From assembly GCA_965233165.1 (NCBI GenBank), contig CBDDRX010000017.1:5986-69985 (forward strand): a DNA stretch of 64,000 nt. Direction: 5' to 3'. Under the pieces are notes generated by a model. The model saw only the letters and a list, made by a program, of their open reading frames with translations. It made no database searches and was not told where the DNA came from. The position numbers and the translations under genes are program-made. Shown here one piece after another: positions 1 to 9,098 of the stretch (positions are counted from its first letter, which is position 1; each line of letters starts with the position of its first letter). Origin of the DNA: an uncultured bacterium. Its GTDB lineage: Bacteria > Pseudomonadota > Gammaproteobacteria > Burkholderiales > SG8-39.

Positions 1-1019
1 CGGGGATCATCGTCGGCGGCATCACGCTCACCGGCCTGGGCTTCCGCATGACCGACTTCGTCGAAGTGGTCTCGCAGGGCAACGTCGTCCTGATGCTGCT
101 CTTCACCGCCTTCGTCTGCCTGGTGCTCGGCCTGGGCGTGCCCACCACGGCGAACTACATCCTGGTGGCCACGCTCATGGCGCCGGTGATCGTCGAGCTC
201 GGCGCGCAATCGGGGTTGGTGATCCCGCTCATCGCGGTGCATCTCTTCGTCTTCTACTACGGGATCATGGGCGACATCACGCCGCCGGTGGGCCTCGCCT
301 CGTTCGCGGCGGCGGCGATCTCGGGCGAGGACCCGATCAAGACCGGGATCCAGGGCTCGCTTTATGCCCTGCGCACCGTGGTGCTGCCCTTCGTGTTCGT
401 GTTCAACCCGATGCTGCTGCTGATCGACGTGCGCGGGTGGTTCGAGGTGGCGCTGGTCGCCTCCGCGGCCACCGTCGCCTCGCTGGTGTTCGCCGCCGCG
501 ACGCTCGGCTGGTTCCACACCCGCTGCAAGTGGTGGGAGATCGTGCTGCTCCTCGCCGCGACCTTCGCGCTGTTCCGCCCCGACGCCTTCATGGACCGGC
601 TGTACGCGCCCTACACCGAGGCGCCGGCGGGCGAGATCTTCCGCATCGCCGGCGAAATCCCCGAGGACGATCGCCTGGTCCTCGTCATCGCCGGCACCAC
701 GATCGAGGGCGACGAGCTGCGCAAGACCGTGGCGGTGCAGCTCGCCTCGAAGCCCGGCGACGGGCGCAAGCGCCTCGCCGAGGCCGGCCTGACGATGTCC
801 GCGCTCGGCCAGGAAGTGCGCGTGGCCGCGGTGAAGTTCGGCAGCCGGGCGAAGAAATCCGGCTTCGACCAGGGCTTCCAGGTCGCCGCCGTGAAGGTGC
901 CGACCGACCGACCGTCCGAGCACTGGGTGTACTTGCCGGGGCTCGCGCTCGTCGCGTTCGTCTGGTTCCTGCAACGCGCGCGCACCCGGCGCGGGAAGGG
1001 CGCCTCCCGGTCGTCATGA
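1..1019 (+). CDS. TRAP transporter fused permease (TAXI-type 4TM/12TM), C-terminal portion; 5' end lies outside the window
   Basis: ORF 48..1019 stays open in frame to the window edge. Hydrophobic multi-TM sequence (VVLMLLFTAFVCLVLGLGVPTTANYILVATLMAPVIVELG) resembles DctM-type large subunits. A soluble C-terminal extension follows, as in TAXI-type fused permeases (DUF3394-like, from memory). Confidence 0.7.
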   Translation, partial: GIIVGGITLTGLGFRMTDFVEVVSQGNVVLMLLFTAFVCLVLGLGVPTTANYILVATLMAPVIVELGAQSGLVIPLIAVHLFVFYYGIMGDITPPVGLASFAAAAISGEDPIKTGIQGSLYALRTVVLPFVFVFNPMLLLIDVRGWFEVALVASAATVASLVFAAATLGWFHTRCKWWEIVLLLAATFALFRPDAFMDRLYAPYTEAPAGEIFRIAGEIPEDDRLVLVIAGTTIEGDELRKTVAVQLASKPGDGRKRLAEAGLTMSALGQEVRVAAVKFGSRAKKSGFDQGFQVAAVKVPTDRPSEHWVYLPGLALVAFVWFLQRARTRRGKGASRSS

Positions 1020-1744
1020 TCTCGATCCGGAACATCAGCAAGTGGTACGGAAGCTTCCAGGTCCTGACCGACTGCTCGACCGAAGTGAAGAAGGGCGAGG
1101 TGGTGGTGGTCTGCGGCCCCTCGGGCAGCGGCAAGTCGACCCTGATCAAGTGCGTCAACGCGCTCGAGCCGTTCCAGAAGGGCGAGATCACGGTGGACGG
1201 CGTGTCGGTCGGCGACCCGAAGACCGACCTGCCCAAGCTGCGCTCGCGCATCGGCATGGTGTTCCAGAACTTCGAGCTGTTCCCGCACCTGTCCGTGACC
1301 GAGAACCTGACCCTGGGGCAGATCAAGGTGCTGAAGCGCTCGCCCGAGCAGGCGCGCGAGAAGGGCCTCAAGCTCCTCGAGCGGGTCGGCCTGATCGCCC
1401 ACAAGGACAAGTTTCCCGGCCAGCTCTCCGGCGGCCAGCAGCAGCGCGTCGCCATCGCCCGCGCCCTGTCGATGGATCCGATCGCCATGCTGTTCGACGA
1501 GCCCACCTCGGCGCTCGATCCCGAGATGATCAACGAGGTGCTCGACGTCATGGTCGAGCTGGCGAAGGAAGGCATGACCATGATGGTCGTGACCCACGAG
1601 ATGGGCTTCGCGCGCAAGGTCGCCCATCGCGTCATCTTCATGGACGAGGGCAGGATCGTCGAGGACGCGAAGAAGGAAGAGTTCTTCGGCACCCCGCGCT
1701 CCGAGCGCGCCCAGCTCTTCCTCTCGAAGATCCTGCACCATTAA
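1016..1744 (+). CDS. polar amino-acid ABC transporter ATP-binding protein (GlnQ/GltL-like)
   Basis: ATG 1016 overlaps the upstream stop (ATGA). Walker A GPSGSGKST, ABC signature LSGGQQQRVAIARAL, Walker B MLFDEPTSALD and an H-loop are present. The 435-aa track ORF is an over-extension. Confidence 0.9.
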   Translation: MISIRNISKWYGSFQVLTDCSTEVKKGEVVVVCGPSGSGKSTLIKCVNALEPFQKGEITVDGVSVGDPKTDLPKLRSRIGMVFQNFELFPHLSVTENLTLGQIKVLKRSPEQAREKGLKLLERVGLIAHKDKFPGQLSGGQQQRVAIARALSMDPIAMLFDEPTSALDPEMINEVLDVMVELAKEGMTMMVVTHEMGFARKVAHRVIFMDEGRIVEDAKKEEFFGTPRSERAQLFLSKILHH

Positions 1745-1763
1745 TCGGTGCTGACCCCGATCT

Positions 1764-2318
1764 CTAGCGTTCCACCTTCTTCAGAATTTCCTCGGAGACC
1801 CTGAAGTCCGGGTAGCGCTTGCGGAACTCCGCGAGCGCCTTGTCCGCTTCGTCGTGCTTTCCTTCCGCACGCAGCTTCGCGATGCGCTCGAGCCATTGCT
1901 CCGGTGTCTCTGCGAACGCGCGCTCCTGCATCGCTTCGCGGCGCGCCATGGCGCCCAGCTGCGTCTTGGGCTGAACCTGGTCCGCACGGGCGGCGGGCGC
2001 GGCCGGCGCCTGCTGCGGTTTGGCTTCCTCGGCCTTCATCGTGCGCGCCGGCTCGGCCGGAGTCACCACCGCGACCATGTCGGGCTGCTCGCGCTCGATG
2101 TGCCAGGTCACCGCGACGGCGAGGACCAGGATCGCCGCCGCCGCGAGCGGGAAATACCACTGCCGCCGGCCCGTCGGCGGAACCAGCGGCGCGACGTGGA
2201 CCCCGACGGCGCGGCGCGCGTGCGCGCGGATCGCCGCATCGAGCGCGGGCGGCGGCTCCTCCTGCGGGAGATCGCGGTACCGTTGCGAAGCCTTCAGCTC
2301 GTCGTCGCGCTCAGACAT
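1764..2318 (-). CDS. anti-sigma factor (single-pass membrane protein)
   Basis: Start overlaps the sigma-factor stop by 8 nt. One TM segment (WYFPLAAAAILVLAVAVTW) and an Ala/Pro-rich periplasmic part. Call rests mainly on position immediately downstream of an ECF sigma. Confidence 0.6.
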   Translation of the reverse strand: MSERDDELKASQRYRDLPQEEPPPALDAAIRAHARRAVGVHVAPLVPPTGRRQWYFPLAAAAILVLAVAVTWHIEREQPDMVAVVTPAEPARTMKAEEAKPQQAPAAPAARADQVQPKTQLGAMARREAMQERAFAETPEQWLERIAKLRAEGKHDEADKALAEFRKRYPDFRVSEEILKKVER

Positions 2319-2862
2319 CGTCGGTCGCCGCCCTCAACTTTGCGTACGCGTAGCGCAGGCGGCTCTTGACCGCCTCGGTCTCGGAGCCCGTCGCCGCCGC
2401 GATCTCGAGCGCCGTCATGCCGGCCTCCTCGCGCAGCAGGAACGCCTCGCGCTGCGCGTGCGGCAGGCCCTCCAGGGCGGCGATGAAGCGCGCCGCCGCC
2501 TGCCGGCTTTCCGCGCGCCGCGCCGGATCCCCCGCGAAGTCGACGGCTGCGTGCGGCTCGTCGCCCCCGCCGTCTCCCATCGGCACGACGGCGAGCTCCT
2601 TCTTGCGCCAGTAGTCGACCATGCGGTTGTGGGCGATGGTGTAGAGCCAGGTCGTGAAGCGGGCGCTTGCGGCGTAGCGCCCGCGCGCCTCCACGACGCG
2701 GATCCAGATCTCCTGGTACAGCTCCTCGGCGAGCGCGCGGCTCTTCACGCCGCGCAGGACGTAGCGGAAGAGCCGTCCCTTGTGCCGCGCGTAGAGGTTG
2801 TCGAAGGCCGCGGCGTCGCCGTCGCGATAAGCGAGCATGAGCTGTTCGTCCGTAGCCTCCAT
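2311..2862 (-). CDS. ECF-type RNA polymerase sigma-70 factor
   Basis: 183 aa. Region 2 (AAFDNLYARHKGRLFRYVL, TWLYTIAHNRMVDYWR) and a region 4 HTH (GMTALEIAAATGSETEAVKSRLRYAYAKLR). Confidence 0.85.
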   Translation of the reverse strand: MEATDEQLMLAYRDGDAAAFDNLYARHKGRLFRYVLRGVKSRALAEELYQEIWIRVVEARGRYAASARFTTWLYTIAHNRMVDYWRKKELAVVPMGDGGGDEPHAAVDFAGDPARRAESRQAAARFIAALEGLPHAQREAFLLREEAGMTALEIAAATGSETEAVKSRLRYAYAKLRAATDDV

Positions 2863-2981
2863 CCCAGCAAAGTGTAGTCCGGGTCCCCATGGAAACGGGA
2901 CAGCGCGGCAAAAGGGTCGGCGAAGCGAAGAATATTCACGCGGCTCGCGTACAATCCGCCGCTTCGCACGGCACCGGCTCC

Positions 2982-3377
2982 ATGAAAAACGGCAAACCCT
3001 TCCCTGTCCCCGTCGTCCGCGCCAAGTATTCCTGCCTCAAGTGCCCCGGCTACTGCTGCAGCTACCCCGAGATCGAGGTGACGCCGCGCGACATCGAGCG
3101 CCTGGCGAAGCATTTCGGCCTCGGCTACCGGCAGGCCGAGGAGCGCCTCACCAAGTACGACCCCAAGGAGAAGGTGCGCCTGCTGCGGCACCAGAAGGAC
3201 GAGCACTTCAACACGGTCTGCGTGATGTTCGACCGCAAGGAGCGCCGCTGCACGGTCTACAAGGCGCGCCCGGCGGTGTGCCGCGAGTACCCGGATAGCC
3301 CGCGTTGCGGCTACTACGAGTTCCTGAAGTTCGAGCGCGCCCACCAGGACGACCCGGACTTCATCGCCGTGACCTGA
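2982..3377 (+). CDS. YkgJ-family cysteine-cluster protein
   Basis: Internal ATG 2982 chosen (MKNGKPF). CLKCPGYCC cluster plus CTVYKARPAVCREYP match the YkgJ/UPF0153 pattern. The ATG at 2889 would add an implausible Arg/Gly-rich extension. Confidence 0.7.
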   Translation: MKNGKPFPVPVVRAKYSCLKCPGYCCSYPEIEVTPRDIERLAKHFGLGYRQAEERLTKYDPKEKVRLLRHQKDEHFNTVCVMFDRKERRCTVYKARPAVCREYPDSPRCGYYEFLKFERAHQDDPDFIAVT

Positions 3378-3383
3378 GGCGCG

Positions 3384-5054
3384 CTAGCGCTTCGCCTGCG
3401 CTTCGGCGCGCACGCCGCTGAGCGTCTTCGCGGGTGTGATGGCGTCCGGATCGATCTTCAGCTCGATCAGGGCCGGCTTTCCCGACCGGCTCGCCCGCTC
3501 GAACGCCGGCGCGAAGTCCCCGGTCTTCTCGACGGTCTCGCCGTGCGCGCCGAAGGCCCGGGCGTAGGCGGCAAAGTCGGGGTTGCGCAGGTCCGTGCCG
3601 AAGACCCGCCCCGGATACTCGCGCTCCTGGTGCATGCGAATGGTCCCGTAGAGGCCGTTATTGACCACGAGGGCGACGAAATTCGCGCCGTACTGCACGG
3701 CGGTCGCCAGCTCCTGGCCGTTCATCAGGAAGTCGCCGTCGCCGCAGACGGCGATGACGGTGCGCTGGGGCGCGGCGAGCTTCGCCGCCACCGCCGCGGG
3801 GTAACCGTAGCCCATCGAGCCGTTCGTCGGCCCCAACTGGGTACGAAAGCCCTTGTACTGGAAGTGCCTGTGCAGCCAGCTCGCGAAGTTGCCGGCGCCG
3901 CCGGCGACGATGGTGTCCTCGGGGAGCGTGCGGCTCAGCCACTGGATCACTTCCCCGTAGTGCAGGGCGCCGGGCATCGGCCGCGGCGCGATCCACTCCA
4001 GGTACTGGGCGCGCGCGACTTCGCTCTGCGCTTTCCAGTCCTTCTGCAGGTTGGGAAGCGCCTCGACGAACTGGGGATAGCCCGAATTGATGGCCAGCGC
4101 AGGCCGGTAGACGCGGCCGAGCTCCTCGGCGCCCGCGTGGACGTGCACGAGCGCCTGGCGCGGCTGCGGCGGCTCGAGCAGCGTGTACGCGCTGGTCGTC
4201 ATCTCGCCCAGCCGGGCGCCGATGACCAGCAGCACGTCGGCGTCCTTCACCCGCTGCGCGAGCTTCGGGTTGATGCCGATGCCGACGTCGCCCGCGTAAG
4301 AAGCGCTGCGGTTGTCGAGGAGGTCCTGGCAGCGGAACGACGTGCCGACAGGCAGGCCGTGCGCCTCGGCCCAGGCCTGGAGCTTCTTCGTCGCCTCGCG
4401 CGTCCAGCCGCCGCCGCCGAGGATGACGAACGGGGCCGCCGCGCCCTCCAGGAGCTTCTTCAGAGACGCAACGTCCGCAGGCGCGGGCGCGGGGCGCACG
4501 ACGTGGTGGCGCGCGACGTCCGCGACGGCCGCGGCCGAAAACAGCATGTCCTCCGGCAGCGCGAGCACCACGGGCCCCGGCCGGCCGGCCATCGCGGTAT
4601 GGAATGCGTGGCTTACGTACTCGGGGATGCGCTCCACCCGGTCGATCTGCGCGACCCACTTGGCCATCTGGCCGAACATGCGCCGGTAGTCGATCTCCTG
4701 GAATGCCTCGCGCTCCATCATCTCGTTGCCGACCTGGCCGATGAGCATCACCATCGGCGTGGAGTCCTGGTGCCCGGTGTGCACGCCGATCGAGCCGTTG
4801 GTCGCGCCGGGCCCGCGCGTCACGAGCAGCACGCCGGGCTCGCCGGTGAGCTTGCCGTACGCCTCGGCCATGTACGAGGCGCCGCCTTCCTGCCGGGTGA
4901 CCACCAGCTTCAGGCGGTCCTGCACGTCGCGCAGGCCGTCGAGCAGGGGCAGATAGCTCTCGCCGGGCACGCCGAAGGCCATCTTCACGCCCTGCGCGAC
5001 CAGCGCGTCGGCGAGGATCTTGCCGCCGTGGCGCGTGAGGAGGTCCTTCTTCAT
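3384..5054 (-). CDS. thiamine pyrophosphate-binding enzyme (acetolactate synthase large-subunit-like)
   Basis: 556 aa. N-terminal TPP domain (GVPGESYLPLLDGL) and C-terminal TPP motif (GDGDFLMNGQELATAVQYG...NNG). No small regulatory subunit is adjacent. Confidence 0.85.
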   Translation of the reverse strand: MKKDLLTRHGGKILADALVAQGVKMAFGVPGESYLPLLDGLRDVQDRLKLVVTRQEGGASYMAEAYGKLTGEPGVLLVTRGPGATNGSIGVHTGHQDSTPMVMLIGQVGNEMMEREAFQEIDYRRMFGQMAKWVAQIDRVERIPEYVSHAFHTAMAGRPGPVVLALPEDMLFSAAAVADVARHHVVRPAPAPADVASLKKLLEGAAAPFVILGGGGWTREATKKLQAWAEAHGLPVGTSFRCQDLLDNRSASYAGDVGIGINPKLAQRVKDADVLLVIGARLGEMTTSAYTLLEPPQPRQALVHVHAGAEELGRVYRPALAINSGYPQFVEALPNLQKDWKAQSEVARAQYLEWIAPRPMPGALHYGEVIQWLSRTLPEDTIVAGGAGNFASWLHRHFQYKGFRTQLGPTNGSMGYGYPAAVAAKLAAPQRTVIAVCGDGDFLMNGQELATAVQYGANFVALVVNNGLYGTIRMHQEREYPGRVFGTDLRNPDFAAYARAFGAHGETVEKTGDFAPAFERASRSGKPALIELKIDPDAITPAKTLSGVRAEAQAKR

Positions 5055-5392
5055 TTCCCGGCCGACAGCATCTTCTTAAGCCGCTCCACGAAGAACGGGG
5101 CGCACTTCATGATGCGCGTGTCCTGCGTGATGATCAGCGGGCGGATTTTCGGCAGGTAGGCCTGCCAGGCCGGATCCGCCGTCAGGGCGGCGCGGCAGCG
5201 CTCGCGCTGGTTGAGGTCGTCGTAGGCCCACATGTGGATGACGAGGTTCTGCAGGCCGACCTCGGTCACGTAGTAGCCCACCATGTGCGGGAGGTGCTTC
5301 AGCTGCACGGCCATGCCGTCGGCTTCGTAGTGCTTGAAGTATTCGGGGGCCTTGCCGACCTGCAGGGTATACATGCGCTCTTCGACGTACAT
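5051..5392 (-). CDS. NIPSNAP family protein
   Basis: 113 aa. Its stop overlaps the start of the downstream TPP enzyme (ATGA). Sequence (MYTLQVG...LVIHMWAYDDLNQRE) fits the small NIPSNAP fold family. Confidence 0.65.
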   Translation of the reverse strand: MYVEERMYTLQVGKAPEYFKHYEADGMAVQLKHLPHMVGYYVTEVGLQNLVIHMWAYDDLNQRERCRAALTADPAWQAYLPKIRPLIITQDTRIMKCAPFFVERLKKMLSAGK

Positions 5393-5433
5393 GGGATCTC
5401 CGCGAGGGTGCGGCCGATTATAAGGGCGGTATA

Positions 5434-5913
5434 TTGAGGGCCATGGACGACATCAATTCGCTGCGCCGCATCCTGCAGGAGAACAAGGTCATCGCCGTCG
5501 TCGGCCTGTCGGCCGACTGGTTCCGCCCGAGCTACTTCGCCGCGAAGTACATGCAGGAGCACGGCTACCGGATCATCCCGGTCAATCCGAAGTACCCCGA
5601 GATCCTCGGGCAGAAGTGCTACCGCAGGCTCGAGGACATCCCGGAGAAGGTGGGCATCGTCGACGTCTTCCGCAAGACCGCGGACGTGCCGCCGGTCGCG
5701 CAATCCGCGATCGCCATCGGCGCCCGGGTGCTCTGGCAGCAGCTCGGGGTGCGCAACGAAGCGGCGCAGGCCCAAGCCCGCGCCGCCGGGCTCGATACGG
5801 TCATGGACCGGTGCGTCAAGATCGAGCACGGGCGCCTGTTCGGCGGGCTGAACTGGGTGGGCGTCAACACGCGGGTCATCTCCGCAAAACGCCCCCAATG
5901 GCTGGCGTACTGA
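5434..5913 (+). CDS. CoA-binding domain protein (YccU-like)
   Basis: IAVVGLSADWFRPSYF...GYRIIPVNP...VDVFR follows the Rossmann-like CoA-binding family pattern. Confidence 0.8.
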   Translation: MRAMDDINSLRRILQENKVIAVVGLSADWFRPSYFAAKYMQEHGYRIIPVNPKYPEILGQKCYRRLEDIPEKVGIVDVFRKTADVPPVAQSAIAIGARVLWQQLGVRNEAAQAQARAAGLDTVMDRCVKIEHGRLFGGLNWVGVNTRVISAKRPQWLAY

Positions 5914-5951
5914 GGTAAGCTTTTCTCCCACCGGGACGTTGGGAGAGCGAC

Positions 5952-6740
5952 GTGGAAAAGGGCGGAATGGTGAGGGTGTTCGAGGGCCGGTTCGGCCGGC
6001 TCGTGCTCGAGGATTTCCGCCCGAACGATCCGGTACAGGCCGGCGAGGATCCCGCCCTGGTCATGGCGCGCGGGGAACTGCGCTTCCTCAATCCGGGCGA
6101 GATCCACCTCAGCCTCGACGCGACCCGCGCCGTGGTCTTCCATGCCTCGGGTGCCTGGCTGAAGCACAGCTTCCCGGCGGTCTTCGGCGAGACGCAGGCC
6201 AAGCCGTTCCCCGTGCCGAGCGAGCCGCTCACGCCGCGTATCCGCCAGCTCGCGGAGGCCCTCGCGGTGGAAGTGCTCAACGACCGCTTCCTCTCCGCCG
6301 AGCGCCTCGAGTTCATGCTCCAGGAGCTGGTGCTCTCGATCATCGACACCTACCTGTCGCGCCTGCACCCGGCCGCCAGCTGGCGCGGCTCGCGCTACGA
6401 GGACAGCCGCATCCGCCGCGCCATCTCGCTGCTGCGCGCCCGGCCGAGCAAGGAGATGAACATCGACGACCTGGCGAGCCAGGTCGGCCTGTCGCGCTCG
6501 CGCTTCTACGATCTGTTCCAGGTCTGCACCGGGTTCTCGCCCCGCGCCTACCTCGACATGCTGTGCGTCGAGACGGCGATCGCGCGTCTGTCGAGCGGCG
6601 AAGGCCGGATCTCGGACCTCTCGGCCGAGCTCGGCTTCTCGGCGCAAAGCAACTTCACCCGTTTCTTCCTGCAGCACGTCGGCGTCCCGCCTTCCGAGTA
6701 CCGCCGCACCACCAGCCGCAAAGACCCGCCAGGGCAGTGA
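5952..6740 (+). CDS. AraC family transcriptional regulator
   Basis: GTG start. C-terminal double HTH (IDDLASQVGLSRSRFYDLF ... FSAQSNFTRFFLQHVGVPPSEYRR). Confidence 0.85.
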   Translation: MEKGGMVRVFEGRFGRLVLEDFRPNDPVQAGEDPALVMARGELRFLNPGEIHLSLDATRAVVFHASGAWLKHSFPAVFGETQAKPFPVPSEPLTPRIRQLAEALAVEVLNDRFLSAERLEFMLQELVLSIIDTYLSRLHPAASWRGSRYEDSRIRRAISLLRARPSKEMNIDDLASQVGLSRSRFYDLFQVCTGFSPRAYLDMLCVETAIARLSSGEGRISDLSAELGFSAQSNFTRFFLQHVGVPPSEYRRTTSRKDPPGQ

Positions 6741-6758
6741 GGCACGCTGGAGCGCGGC

Positions 6759-8048
6759 ATGGCTGACCGCAAGTTCGGCATCGAGACGCTTTGCCTGCAC
6801 GCGGGGCAGATCCCGGACGCGGCGACGGGGGCGCGCGCCGCGCCCATCTACCAGACCACCTCCTTCGTCTTCGACTCGGCGGAGCACGCCGCGAGCCTGT
6901 TCAACCTGCAGACGTTCGGCAACGTCTACTCGCGCATCTCCAATCCCACCGTGGCGGTCTTCGAGGAGCGCATGGCGGCGATCGAAGGCGGGCGCTCGGC
7001 GCTCGCCACCGCCACCGGGCAGGCGGCCGAGATGGTGGCGATCCTCACGCTGTGCTCGGCCGGCGACCACATCGTCTCGGCCTCCACGCTCTACGGCGGC
7101 ACGCACACGCTGCTGCACGTGAACCTGAGGAAGCTCGGCATCGAGACGACGTTCGTCGACCCGGCCGATCCCGATAACTTCAGGAAGGCGATCAGGCCGA
7201 GCACCAAGCTGCTGTCCGCCGAGACGCTCGGCAATCCCCTCATCAACATCGTCGACATCGAAGCGCTGGCGAAGATCGCGCACGAGGCGCAGATTCCGCT
7301 CGTGGTCGACAACACCGTCCCCTCCCCGTACCTCCTGCGCCCGATCGAGTGGGGCGCGGACATCGTGGTGCATTCGGCGACCAAGTACATCGGCGGGCAC
7401 GGCACGACCATGGGCGGCGTCATCGTCGAGTCCGGGAAGTTCGACTGGGGGAACGGCAAGTTCCCGGAGTTCACCGCTCCTTCGCCCGGCTACCACGGAG
7501 TGATCTTCCACGAGACCTTCGGCGACTTCGGCTACACCATGAAGGCGCGCATGGAGATCATGCGCACGTTCGGGCCGGCGCTTTCGCCGATGAACGCCTG
7601 GCTGCTGCTGCAGGGCCTGGAGTCGCTCCACGTGCGCATGGACCGCCACTGCGCGAACGCACTGGCCATTGCCTCGTACCTGAAGAGTCATCCGCGCGTC
7701 GCGTGGGTAAATTACCCCGGCCTGCCCGACAGCAAGTACCACGCGCTGTCGAAGAAATATTTCCCGAAGGGCGCCTCCGGCCTGCTCAACTTCGGCGTGA
7801 AAGGCGGCGCGAAGGCCGGCGAGCGCTTCATCGAGGCCGCGCAGTTCATGAGCCACCTCGCCAACATCGGCGACGCCAAGACGCTCATCATCCATCCGGC
7901 CTCGACGACGCACCGCCAGATGAGCGACGAGGAGCAGCTGAAGGCCGGCGTCACGCCGGACATGGTTCGCATGTCGGTCGGGCTCGAGACGCTCGACGAC
8001 ATCCTGTGGGATATTGACCAAGCCCTTCAACACTCGGGAAAAGCATGA
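6759..8048 (+). CDS. metY: O-acetylhomoserine aminocarboxypropyltransferase / sulfhydrylase
   Basis: 429 aa. Canonical N-terminus (FGIETLCLHAGQ...PIYQTTSF) and PLP-lysine region SATKYIGGHG. Confidence 0.9.
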   Translation: MADRKFGIETLCLHAGQIPDAATGARAAPIYQTTSFVFDSAEHAASLFNLQTFGNVYSRISNPTVAVFEERMAAIEGGRSALATATGQAAEMVAILTLCSAGDHIVSASTLYGGTHTLLHVNLRKLGIETTFVDPADPDNFRKAIRPSTKLLSAETLGNPLINIVDIEALAKIAHEAQIPLVVDNTVPSPYLLRPIEWGADIVVHSATKYIGGHGTTMGGVIVESGKFDWGNGKFPEFTAPSPGYHGVIFHETFGDFGYTMKARMEIMRTFGPALSPMNAWLLLQGLESLHVRMDRHCANALAIASYLKSHPRVAWVNYPGLPDSKYHALSKKYFPKGASGLLNFGVKGGAKAGERFIEAAQFMSHLANIGDAKTLIIHPASTTHRQMSDEEQLKAGVTPDMVRMSVGLETLDDILWDIDQALQHSGKA

Positions 8049-9097
8049 TCAGCTACCAGATCGTCGAGCACGGCAAGCCGCTGCAGAGAATCCTTTCCGA
8101 AACCCCCGCCCCCAAGGGCGGCGAGGTCCTTGTCCGCATCACGCGCTCCGGCGTCTGCCACTCCGACGTGCACATCTGGGACGGCTACTTCGACTGGGGT
8201 CCGGGCAAGCGCTTCTACGTCAAGGAGCGCGGCTGCATTCCGCCGTTCACGATGGGCCACGAGCCCTTCGGCGTCGTGGAAGCGGTCGGCCCGAAGGCCA
8301 AGGGGGTCAAGGTCGGCCAGAAGCGCCTCGTCTACCCGTGGATCGGCTGCGGCAAGTGCGCGGTCTGCAAGGCCGGCCAGGACAACTATTGTGTCTCGGG
8401 CTCTCGCTACCTGGGAGTGAACCGGCCCGGCGCCTACGCCACCCATATGCTCGTCCCGGATGCGAAGTACCTCGTCGACACCGCCGGAATCGACGACGCC
8501 TTCGCCTCCACGCTCGCCTGCTCGGCAGTCACCGTGTACAGCGCGCTCAACAAGCTTCCGCCGCTCGCCGCGAAGGAGCGCATCGCCGTGCTCGGCTGCG
8601 GCGGGCTGGGCCTGATCGCCATCTCGGTCCTGCGCGCGAAAGGCGTGAAGGACATCGTCGCCTGCGACATCGACGACGCGAAGCTCGCCGCCGCGGCGAA
8701 GCTCGGCGCGAAGGAGACCGTGAACACGCGCGCGCCGGACGCCGCGCAGCGGCTCGCGGGCCTGACGGCGGCCGCCGACTTCGTCGGCAGCCCGGCCACC
8801 GCCGCGCTTGGCCTCGCCGCCCTGCGCAAAGGCGGCCGCTACGTGATCTGCGGCCTGTTCGGCGGCGAGCTGACGCATCCCCTGCCGCCGATCGCGCAGC
8901 GCGCCATCGGCATCATCGGCTCCTACGTCGGTACCCTCCAGGAGCTGAAGGAGGTCGTGGCGCTCGCGAAGAAGAAGAAGATCCGGCCCACCCCCGTGGA
9001 GGTGCGCCCCGCCTCGCAGGCAAGCGCCGCGCTGGAAGACCTGAAAGAAGGGCGGATCGTCGGGCGCGTCGTGCTCGACTTCGAGCACGCGTCCTGA
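8045..9097 (+). CDS. zinc-dependent alcohol dehydrogenase family oxidoreductase
   Basis: ATGA overlap with metY. Zn-ADH signatures CHSDVH and GHEPFGVVEAVG, plus Rossmann motif GCGGLGL. Confidence 0.85.
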   Translation: MISYQIVEHGKPLQRILSETPAPKGGEVLVRITRSGVCHSDVHIWDGYFDWGPGKRFYVKERGCIPPFTMGHEPFGVVEAVGPKAKGVKVGQKRLVYPWIGCGKCAVCKAGQDNYCVSGSRYLGVNRPGAYATHMLVPDAKYLVDTAGIDDAFASTLACSAVTVYSALNKLPPLAAKERIAVLGCGGLGLIAISVLRAKGVKDIVACDIDDAKLAAAAKLGAKETVNTRAPDAAQRLAGLTAAADFVGSPATAALGLAALRKGGRYVICGLFGGELTHPLPPIAQRAIGIIGSYVGTLQELKEVVALAKKKKIRPTPVEVRPASQASAALEDLKEGRIVGRVVLDFEHAS

Positions 9098-9098
9098 C

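Noticed and set aside
2863-2981. An autoregulated ECF promoter (GGAAC-type -35 with CGT-type -10) upstream of the sigma factor gene.
   Set aside because: No convincing match at appropriate spacing was seen on the minus strand, so no promoter feature is claimed.
5619-8033. An 804-aa minus-strand ORF, plus similar very long ORFs at 8913..10898(-), 20221..22197(+), 32106..34010(-), 47533..48660(-), 49765..52002(-), 52218..54206(-) and 59762..62662(+).
   Set aside because: Each lies antisense to, or out of frame with, a gene that has unmistakable family motifs (metY, GGT, tyrS, copA, phoH, lnt/glyQ, glyS, lptD/amgK). Their translations are Arg/Ala/Gly/Pro-rich low-complexity strings, as expected for stop-poor alternative frames of high-GC DNA.
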